Positions 57,416-64,000 of a stretch of DNA of 64,000 nt are shown one piece after another. Position numbers and translations under genes: made by a program. The DNA is from Candidatus Nanopelagicales bacterium (GTDB lineage: Bacteria > Actinomycetota > Actinomycetes > S36-B12 > CAIYMF01), in NCBI GenBank assembly GCA_025456065.1, contig JALOLH010000001.1, positions 5,501 to 69,500 on the forward strand. The letters are read 5' to 3'. Within the stretch, counting starts at the first letter, position 1, and every line of letters begins with the position of its first letter. The notes beneath the pieces are model-generated. The model had not been told where the DNA came from and searched no databases. It was given only the letters and a program-made list of their open reading frames with translations.

Positions 57416-58195
57416 TCAGGGCCGAACCCGGGCGCGGGGCCGCGTCGGCGCGGCCGCGACGACGGCCGTGGTCGGGGCCGGTGCCGTGCCCGCCCGGAGC
57501 ACCACGAGGTCGGCGAGTGCGTTCGTGCCGGCGAGCGTCCCGGGGACCACCGGCAGGTCCATGCGGCCCGCGGCGGCGACGATCCGGTCGCGCAGGACGC
57601 CGTCGGCCACGACCAGGGTGACGACGAGGAAGGACGTGCACCCGTCGACGCAGCGCATGAGCGTGCGGATGCGTCCGACCGGCCGCCCGCCGTCGAGGTG
57701 GGCGGCACGCACCGCCCGCGCTCCGAGGGCCTCGGTGAGTCGGTGCCCGTGCTCGGCGACGAGGTTCTCGACGGCCGCGACCGCGCGCACGTCCCGGGAG
57801 CCCGTCCCGGCCAGGATGATCCCGGTGCGCGGGCCCACCTCGAGCGCGCTGCCGCGGACCAGCTCGATCGCCGCGTCGAGCACCAGCGGGTGCAGGCCGA
57901 CCGGGACCGCCGCGGCGACCCCGAGGTCCGGAGCCGCCGCACGCATCGCGGCCACCGCCGCCGGGACGTCCACCCGGGCGTGGTAGGCGGGCGCGAGCAG
58001 CAGGGGCACGACGGTGGTGCTGCCGGCCCCCTCGGCGTCCAGCCGGCGCGCCGCCACCGCCGGGCTCGGGGCGTCGTGGTCCAGGTAGGCGGCCCGGGTG
58101 GGCAGCCCGGCCATCGTGAGGCGTCCCGCCAGGGAGGCCACGTCGTGCGCGTGCCGCGGGTCCGGCGATCCGTGCGCGAGCAGGGTCAGCGTCAT
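57416..58195 (-). CDS. Sirohydrochlorin ferrochelatase (CbiX/SirB type)
   Basis: Two CbiX half-domains, LTLLAHGSPDPRH and IILAGTGSRD. ATG 58195 overlaps the cysG stop (ATGA). Confidence 0.8.
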   Translation of the reverse strand: MTLTLLAHGSPDPRHAHDVASLAGRLTMAGLPTRAAYLDHDAPSPAVAARRLDAEGAGSTTVVPLLLAPAYHARVDVPAAVAAMRAAAPDLGVAAAVPVGLHPLVLDAAIELVRGSALEVGPRTGIILAGTGSRDVRAVAAVENLVAEHGHRLTEALGARAVRAAHLDGGRPVGRIRTLMRCVDGCTSFLVVTLVVADGVLRDRIVAAAGRMDLPVVPGTLAGTNALADLVVLRAGTAPAPTTAVVAAAPTRPRARVRP

Positions 58196-59511
58196 TGGGG
58201 GCAATGGTCACCCACGACGCGCCCACGCGGGGGATGACGCGCCGGATCCCTCGGTGGGAGCACCGGTGCCAGGTCGCCGAGCACCTCGCGCAGCCCGACC
58301 ACCTCGCCCACCACCGTCACCGCCGGGCTGGCCAGCCCCGCCGTCGCCACGTCCTCGGCGATGGTCGCCAACGTGCCCACGACCGTGCGCTGCGCCGCGG
58401 TCCAGCCGCTGCTCACGACCGCCACCGGCGTGGCCGGCGGGTGCCCGGCGGCGACCAGCTCGGCGGCGGTCCGGGCCAGCGACGACAGGCCCATCAGCAG
58501 CACGAGGGTCGCGCCGGGCGGGGCGCTGCGGGCGGCCTCGAGGGCGTCGCCGGCGCCGGCGTGGGCGCTGGCCAGGACGAACGAGGTGGTGATGCCCCGG
58601 TGCGTGACCGGGATGCCGGCGGCGGCCGGGACGCTGACCGCCGAGGTCACGCCGGGCACGACCTCGACCGGGATCCCGTGCGCGACGCAGTGCAGCGCCT
58701 CCTCGCCGCCACGGCCGAGGACGAACGGGTCGCCGCCCTTGAGCCGGACGACGGTGCGACCGGCGGCGGCGTGCTCGACCAGGATCCGGTTGATCACGTC
58801 CTGCGGGATCGGGTGGTGCCCGGCGGTCTTGCCGACGTCGACGACCTCCACCCCGGGGTCGAGCTCGGCCAGGACGTCGACCGGGCCCAGCCGGTCGGTC
58901 ACCACCACGTCCGCGCGGGCCAGCCACTGCCGTCCGGCGACCGTGAGCAGGCCGGGGTCGCCCGGCCCTCCGCCCACCAGGACCACGCGCCCCGTGCCGG
59001 ACCCGAGCCTCGGGCGGGTCCGGCGCAGCGGCAGCCGACCCGTCGCCAGCAGGTCGCCGATCGCGTCGCGCACCGCGGCGGCCCGGCCCGGGTCACCGCC
59101 CCCCGAGACCGCCACCTGGACCCCGTCCGGGCCCGCTGCGACCGCGGGCACGTGGGCCGACGAGGCCTGGGCGAGGTCGGCCCGGGCGCACCAGGTCCCG
59201 CATCGTCCGGCCGCGTCCGCGACCGCGGCATCGACGTCGCGATCCCCGGTGGCGGTGTGCACCAGCCACCAACGGGCACCCGGCCCGGGCCCGGCGAGCA
59301 CGTCACCCCCGGTCGCCCCCCGGGGGACCCAGCGGACCGAGCCTGCCGCGACGAGGTCGGCGAGGTCCTCGCACACGGCCGGTGCGATGACCGTGACGCG
59401 CGCGCCCGCGTCGACCGTCGCCGTGGCGCGCCGGGCAGCCACCGGGCCGCCGCCCACCACCAGGACGTCGCGATCGGTCAGGTCGAGCAGCACCGGGTAG
59501 CGCGCGCTCAC
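58192..59511 (-). CDS. cysG: Siroheme synthase-like fusion: precorrin-2 dehydrogenase N-domain plus uroporphyrinogen-III C-methyltransferase
   Basis: N-domain NAD fold VLVVGGGPVAARRA. SUMT motifs VVLVGGGPGDPGLLTV, VVRLKGGDPFVLGRGGEE and VPGVTSA. GTG 59511 overlaps the cysN stop (GTGA). Confidence 0.85.
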   Translation of the reverse strand: MSARYPVLLDLTDRDVLVVGGGPVAARRATATVDAGARVTVIAPAVCEDLADLVAAGSVRWVPRGATGGDVLAGPGPGARWWLVHTATGDRDVDAAVADAAGRCGTWCARADLAQASSAHVPAVAAGPDGVQVAVSGGGDPGRAAAVRDAIGDLLATGRLPLRRTRPRLGSGTGRVVLVGGGPGDPGLLTVAGRQWLARADVVVTDRLGPVDVLAELDPGVEVVDVGKTAGHHPIPQDVINRILVEHAAAGRTVVRLKGGDPFVLGRGGEEALHCVAHGIPVEVVPGVTSAVSVPAAAGIPVTHRGITTSFVLASAHAGAGDALEAARSAPPGATLVLLMGLSSLARTAAELVAAGHPPATPVAVVSSGWTAAQRTVVGTLATIAEDVATAGLASPAVTVVGEVVGLREVLGDLAPVLPPRDPARHPPRGRVVGDHCPQ

Positions 59512-60776
59512 CGGACCGGCACCTCGGCCGGGTGGGCCAGGCCGGCGGCCACGGTGGCCCCGGTCTGGTCGTCGACCAGCAGGAACGCGCCGGTGCTGCG
59601 CACCCGGTCGTAGGCGTCGAGGGCCAGGGGCTCGGCCAGGCGCAGGCGCACGTGGCCGATGTCGTTGAGCGCCAGCTGCGCGACGTCCGGCTGCGCGGCG
59701 AGGGTGTCGACGTCCAGGCGGGAGGCGATGGCCTCGACGAGGGCGCGGACGGTCCGGGTCCCCGCCCGCAGGAGCAGCCGCTGGCCCGCGACGAGCGGCT
59801 GCTCGGCCAGCACCGTCACCGTGGCCGCGACCTCCCGGACCGGTGACGGGGGATCGACCGCACCGGCGATGAGGTCCCCCCGGGAGACGTCGAGGTCGTC
59901 GGCCAGCCGCAGCGTCACCGACTGGCCGGCCTGCGCCCAGGCCAGCGGGCCGTCGTAGGTGTCGATGGCCACCACCGTCGAGCGGAGCCCACCGGGCGCC
60001 ACCACGACCTCGTCGCCCACGTGGACCACCCCGGCGGCGACGCGGCCGGCGTAGCCGCGGTAGTCCCGGTGCGCCTCGTCCTGCGGCCGGATCACGACCT
60101 GCACGGGCAGGCGCAGCGGCTGGGAGGCGGGGTCGGAGCCGACCGGCACCGCCTCGAGGTGCTCGAGCAGCGTCGGCCCCGGGTACCACGGCGTCCGTGC
60201 CGAGCGCGTGACCACGTTGTCGCCGTCGAGGGCCGAGATCGGGATCGCCACCACGTCCTCGACGCCGTGCGCCCGGGCGTACGCCGTGAACTGCTCGCGG
60301 ATGCGCGCGAACACGTCCGCAGCGAAGTCGACCAGGTCCATCTTGTTCACGACCAGCGCGATGTGGCGGATGCCCAGCAGCGCGCTGATGGCCGCGTGCC
60401 GACGGGTCTGCTCGACCACGCCGTTGCGGGCGTCGACGAGGATCAGCGCCAGCTCGGCGGTGGAGGCCCCGGTCACCATGTTGCGCGTGTACTGCACGTG
60501 CCCCGGGGTGTCGGCCAGGATGAACGACCGGTTCGGGGTCGCGAAGTACCGATACGCGACGTCGATGGTGATCCCCTGCTCGCGCTCGGCTCGCAGGCCG
60601 TCGGTGAGCAGGGCGAGATCGGGGCCAGCGAGCCCGCGGTCGCGGCTGGCCCGCTCGATGGCCTCGAGCGTGTCGGACAGGATCGAGCGGGTGTCGTGCA
60701 GCAGGCGCCCGACGAGGGTGGACTTGCCGTCGTCGACCGACCCGGCGGTGGCCAGGCGGAGCAGCTCGTGCGCCAT
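59508..60776 (-). CDS. cysN: Sulfate adenylyltransferase subunit 1 (GTPase), without an APS-kinase domain
   Basis: G1 GSVDDGKST, G3 DTPGH, G4 NKMD. At 422 aa it ends after the EF-Tu-like beta-barrels. Confidence 0.9.
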   Translation of the reverse strand: MAHELLRLATAGSVDDGKSTLVGRLLHDTRSILSDTLEAIERASRDRGLAGPDLALLTDGLRAEREQGITIDVAYRYFATPNRSFILADTPGHVQYTRNMVTGASTAELALILVDARNGVVEQTRRHAAISALLGIRHIALVVNKMDLVDFAADVFARIREQFTAYARAHGVEDVVAIPISALDGDNVVTRSARTPWYPGPTLLEHLEAVPVGSDPASQPLRLPVQVVIRPQDEAHRDYRGYAGRVAAGVVHVGDEVVVAPGGLRSTVVAIDTYDGPLAWAQAGQSVTLRLADDLDVSRGDLIAGAVDPPSPVREVAATVTVLAEQPLVAGQRLLLRAGTRTVRALVEAIASRLDVDTLAAQPDVAQLALNDIGHVRLRLAEPLALDAYDRVRSTGAFLLVDDQTGATVAAGLAHPAEVPVR

Positions 60777-61813
60777 CAGAAGTACCCCTCCCGCTTGCGG
60801 TCCTCCATCGCGGCCTCGCTGAGGCGGTCGTCGGCGCGGGTCGCGCCGCGCTCGGTCAAGCGACTCGCGGCGACCTCGGCGATCACCTCGGCGACAGTGC
60901 TGGCGCTGGACTCCACCGCACCCGTGCACGACATGTCGCCGACCGTCCGGTAGCGGATCCGGCGCACCTGCGACGGCTCGTCGGGCCGTGGGCCGCCCCA
61001 CCCGCCGGCCGTCAACCACATGCCGCCCCGGCGGAACACCACCCGCTCGTGGGCGAAGTAGATGCTCGGCAGCGCGATCCCCTCGCGCTCGACGTAGCGC
61101 CACACGTCCGCCTCGGTCCAGTTCGACAGCGGGAACACGCGCACGTGCTCGCCCGGGGCGTGCCGGCCGTTGTAGAGGTCCCACAGCTCGGGGCGCTGGC
61201 GGCGCGGGTCCCACTGGCCGAACGCGTCACGCAGGCTGAAGATCCGTTCCTTCGCACGGGCCTTCTCCTCGTCGCGCCGCCCCCCGCCGAACACCGCGTC
61301 GAAGCGGTGCTCGGCGATGGTGTCGAGCAGCGGCACGGTCTGCAGCGGGTTGCGCGTGCCGTCCGGGCGCTCGCGCAGCACGCCGCGATCGATCCAGTGC
61401 TGCACGTGCGCCACGACCAGCCGCGTGCCGGTGCGGGCCACGACGGCGTCGCGGTAGGCGAGCACCTCGGGGAAGTTGTGGCCGGTGTCCACGTGCAGCA
61501 GCGGGAACGGCACGCGGGCCGGGTGGAAGGCCTTGATCGCCAGGTGCAGCATCACGACGGAGTCCTTGCCGCCGCTGAACAGCAGCGCGGGGCGCTCGAA
61601 CTCCCCGACCACCTCGCGCATGATGTGGATCGCCTCGCTCTCCAGTGCCGAGAGGTGGTCGAGGCGCAGGGTGGGGTGGGGTGCCGCGGGCACGGGGTCG
61701 GTCGCGGCTCGGCGGGTCAGGGTGGTCACGGTGGTCGCCTCGGGGGTCGGGTCGGTCTGGGGGGTCGGGTCGGTCTGGCGGGTCGGGTCGGTCGCGGCGG
61801 TGGGGGCGGTCAC
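60776..61813 (-). CDS. cysD: Sulfate adenylyltransferase subunit 2; start at GTG 61813 (repeat-containing extension) or GTG 61729
   Basis: PP-loop LLFSGGKDSVV, HVDTGHNFPE, and C-terminal DRKREGYF. GTG 61813 overlaps the cysH stop (GTGA). Confidence 0.85.
   Translation of the reverse strand: MTAPTAATDPTRQTDPTPQTDPTPEATTVTTLTRRAATDPVPAAPHPTLRLDHLSALESEAIHIMREVVGEFERPALLFSGGKDSVVMLHLAIKAFHPARVPFPLLHVDTGHNFPEVLAYRDAVVARTGTRLVVAHVQHWIDRGVLRERPDGTRNPLQTVPLLDTIAEHRFDAVFGGGRRDEEKARAKERIFSLRDAFGQWDPRRQRPELWDLYNGRHAPGEHVRVFPLSNWTEADVWRYVEREGIALPSIYFAHERVVFRRGGMWLTAGGWGGPRPDEPSQVRRIRYRTVGDMSCTGAVESSASTVAEVIAEVAASRLTERGATRADDRLSEAAMEDRKREGYF
61743..61796. repeat. 18-bp tandem repeat x3 at the cysH-cysD junction
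   Basis: ggggtcgggtcggtctgg occurs twice (61743-61760 and 61761-61778), followed by the diverged copy cgggtcgggtcggtcgcg. On the minus strand these encode TDPTRQ-TDPTPQ-TDPTPE. Confidence 0.9.
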
Positions 61814-62526
61814 GTGTGCAGCCCGCACTCGGTCTTGGCCCGCCCGGCCCACCGGCCAGCACGCGGGTCCTCGTCGGGGCCGGCGGGCCGGGTGCACGGG
61901 GCGCACCCGATCGAGGCGTAGCCGGCGTGGCGCAGGGGGTTGAGCAGCACGTCGTGCAGCACGGCGTACGTCGCGACGTCCTCGTCGTCCCACCCGGCCA
62001 GCGGGTTGAGCTTCACCATGCCGCGCCGCGCGTCCCAGCCCACGACGTCGATGTCCGTCCGGGTGGCTGCATCGGCCCGCCGCATCCCGGTGATCCAGGC
62101 GTCGTACGGCGCCAGCCCACGTTCCAGCGGCTCGACCTTGCGCAGGGCGCAGCACCGGTCCGGGTCCCGGTCGTGCAACCGTGGTCCCTCGGTCCCGTCC
62201 TGCTCGGCCACGGTCTGCAGCGGGGTGACCGTGCGCAGCCGGATCGGCCGGGTGGCGGCGTACGCGTCGGCGGTGCCCAGCGTCTCGGTGAAGTGGTAGC
62301 CGGTGTCGATGAAGAGCACCTGGACCTCGGGCACCACCGTGCTGGCGAGGTGGACGAGCACCTCGTCGCCCATGCTCGATGCGAGGACGAGGCGCTCGCC
62401 GAACGCGTCGTGCGCCCACGCCAGGGCGATCCGGGCCTGGTCGACGGGGTCGTCGAAGCCCGCGACGAGCCGGGCCCCCTCCTCGACCAGGCCGCGCGGC
62501 GGCAGCGGTGCCGGGATCTCACGCAC
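61810..62526 (-). CDS. cysH: Adenosine 5'-phosphosulfate (APS) reductase, [4Fe-4S] type
   Basis: The Cys pairs RCCALRKVEPL and IGCAPCT are diagnostic of Fe-S APS reductases. Catalytic C-terminus is KTECGLHT. GTG 62526 overlaps the upstream small gene by 8 nt. Confidence 0.85.
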   Translation of the reverse strand: MREIPAPLPPRGLVEEGARLVAGFDDPVDQARIALAWAHDAFGERLVLASSMGDEVLVHLASTVVPEVQVLFIDTGYHFTETLGTADAYAATRPIRLRTVTPLQTVAEQDGTEGPRLHDRDPDRCCALRKVEPLERGLAPYDAWITGMRRADAATRTDIDVVGWDARRGMVKLNPLAGWDDEDVATYAVLHDVLLNPLRHAGYASIGCAPCTRPAGPDEDPRAGRWAGRAKTECGLHT

Positions 62527-62830
62527 CGGGCACCTCCGGTGCCCCGCGCTCGACGGGCGCCACGCGCTCGAGGCCGAGGAACCGCACGGCGAACACCCGC
62601 AGGCAGCTGCGGCAGTGCCAGGCGCCGCGCGTGGTGCCGTGTGGGCGGAGGTCCTCCTCGGCGCAGAACGGGCAGTGGTAGGGCACCGCCCGCTCGCCAG
62701 CGACCACCCCCCCGGTCGTGTCAGGCGATCGGTCGGAGAGGTCGACGGGATCCGTGACACGAGCGGGGGAGGGGGCGGGTGGCCGGGCCGCGGTCGTCGC
62801 CACGGGGGTGACGGCACGTCCGGGGGTCAT
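62519..62830 (-). CDS. Small zinc-ribbon protein between sulfite reductase and cysH (CysX-like)
   Basis: A Pro/Ala/Thr-rich N-half, then YHCPFCAEEDLRPHGTTRGAWHCRSCLRVF (CxxC-N17-CxxC). ATG 62830 overlaps the sirA stop (ATGA). Its position matches cysX in the Corynebacterium glutamicum cysIXHDN cluster, as I recall it. Confidence 0.6.
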   Translation of the reverse strand: MTPGRAVTPVATTAARPPAPSPARVTDPVDLSDRSPDTTGGVVAGERAVPYHCPFCAEEDLRPHGTTRGAWHCRSCLRVFAVRFLGLERVAPVERGAPEVPGA

Positions 62831-64000
62831 CGCAGGTCCGCCTCGTCGGCTCGGACCACCCAGTCGGCGAACGACTCGTCCGGCTCGCGCTGCGCGAGGT
62901 AGCGCCCGGCGAGGCGGTCGACGAAGTCGGGCAGCTCGGCGGCGGTCACCTTGAGCGCGCGCAGCTTGCGGCCGAAGCCGGCGTCGTGCCCCAGCGAGCC
63001 GCCGAGGTGCACCTGGAACCCCTCGACCGGCGTGCCGTCCGCGTCCGGCACCAGCATCCCCTTCAGGCCGATGTCGGCCACCTGGAACCGGGCGCACGAG
63101 TTCGGGCAGCCGTTGACGTGCACCGCCAGTGGGGCGTCGAGCTCGGGCCGGCGCACCTCGAGCTGCTCGACCAGGGCTCGTGCGGTGTCCTTGGTGTTGA
63201 CGATCGCCAGCTTGCAGAACTCGATCCCGGTGCAGGCCATGGTCGAGCGGCGGATGGCGCTGGGACGGACCTGCAGGCCCAGCCCGCCGAGCGCGTCGGC
63301 GAGCGCCTCGGCCCGGCCCGGGGCCACGCCGAGGATCACCAGCTTCTGCTGCGCGGTGAGGCGGATCCGCCCGTCCCCGAAGTCGTCGGCGAGGTCGGCC
63401 ACGGCGGCCAGCACCGTGCCGCTGATCCGCCCGACCGTCGGCGCCGCACCCACGTAGACCCGGCCGTCGCGCTGCGGGTGGATGCCCACGTGGTCGCGGG
63501 CCCCGGCCGGGATCGGGGCCGGGGCCGGGCCGTCGAGCAGCGGCCGGTGCAGGTACTCGGCCTCGAGCACGGCACGGAAGCGCGCCGCCCCCCAGTCGGC
63601 GACCAGGAACTTCAGCCGCGCCCGGTTGCGCAGCCGCCGGTAGCCGTAGTCCCGGAAGATCCCGATGATCCCCGCCCACACCTCGGGCACCTCGTCGAGG
63701 GGCACCCAGGCCCCGAGGCGCTGGGCGAGCATGGGGTTGGTGGACAGTCCCCCGCCCACCCAGACGTCGAAGCCGGGTCCGTGCTCGGGATGCTCGACGC
63801 CCACGAAGGACACGTCGTTCACCTCGTGCGCCACGTCCTGGCGCGGCGAGCCCGAGACGGCGGACTTGAACTTGCGCGGCAGGTTCGCGTACTCGGGGTC
63901 GCCGACGTAGCGGCGCACGATGGCCTCGATGGCCGGGGTCCCGTCGATGATCTCGTCGGCGGCGACGCCCGCGACCGGCGAGCCGAGGACCACGCGCGGG
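62827..64000 (-). CDS. sirA: Ferredoxin-dependent sulfite reductase (NirA/SirA), 5' end beyond the window
   Basis: Siroheme/[4Fe-4S] Cys motifs MACTGIEFCKLA and VNGCPNSCARFQ. The frame is open to position 64000. Confidence 0.9.
   Translation of the reverse strand, partial: PRVVLGSPVAGVAADEIIDGTPAIEAIVRRYVGDPEYANLPRKFKSAVSGSPRQDVAHEVNDVSFVGVEHPEHGPGFDVWVGGGLSTNPMLAQRLGAWVPLDEVPEVWAGIIGIFRDYGYRRLRNRARLKFLVADWGAARFRAVLEAEYLHRPLLDGPAPAPIPAGARDHVGIHPQRDGRVYVGAAPTVGRISGTVLAAVADLADDFGDGRIRLTAQQKLVILGVAPGRAEALADALGGLGLQVRPSAIRRSTMACTGIEFCKLAIVNTKDTARALVEQLEVRRPELDAPLAVHVNGCPNSCARFQVADIGLKGMLVPDADGTPVEGFQVHLGGSLGHDAGFGRKLRALKVTAAELPDFVDRLAGRYLAQREPDESFADWVVRADEADLR

Overview
This 64-kb window reads as a gene-dense, very GC-rich (roughly 70-75% by eye, not computed) core chromosomal segment of a high-GC actinobacterium, possibly Micrococcales/Cellulomonas-like; that assignment is inference only. 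I support about 62 protein-coding genes. I found no rRNA, tRNA, CRISPR array, transposase, integrase, prophage or recognisable defence genes.

Recognisable modules, in order:
- a 2-TM K+ channel with RCK domains
- a sucrose PTS operon (EIIBC, ROK fructokinase, GH32 hydrolase) with a divergent LacI regulator and two LacI-type operators
- a GH13 amylase-family enzyme
- a DEAD-box helicase with an Arg/Asp repeat N-terminus
- an OmpR/HK/GerMN-lipoprotein triad
- a P450, hisN and a lytic transglycosylase
- a block syntenic with M. tuberculosis Rv3218-Rv3228: rsgA-aroA, SRAP, sigH-rshA, pdtaS, whiB1 and a DAG-kinase-like gene
- the bL37 micro-gene and an orphan pilT
- an anti-sigma/SigF-like pair
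- sodN/sodX (Ni-SOD)
- kgd
- HDAC-like, DmpA-like and PatB-like enzymes
- a five-gene peptide ABC importer and oligopeptidase B
- a sulfate-assimilation operon (sirA-cysX-cysH-cysD-cysN-cysG-cbiX) that runs off the right edge

I did not find a convincing novel multi-gene system. The features not explained by standard annotation are:
- an unusual density of short tandem-repeat arrays in intergenic regions and in the 5' ends of genes, including a 26-bp x4 array flush with a start codon and an expanding GGCGGGC heptad/G-quadruplex tract next to an alternative-pairing hairpin
- a dual-start, dual-promoter arrangement at sigH
- an SRAP gene translationally coupled to an alpha/beta hydrolase
- a tail-anchored solute-binding protein
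- unlisted small ORFs (bL37, and a 56-aa ORF after kgd)

All family assignments come from motif recognition by eye. No searches or computations were run, and many start codons are uncertain by tens of bases.
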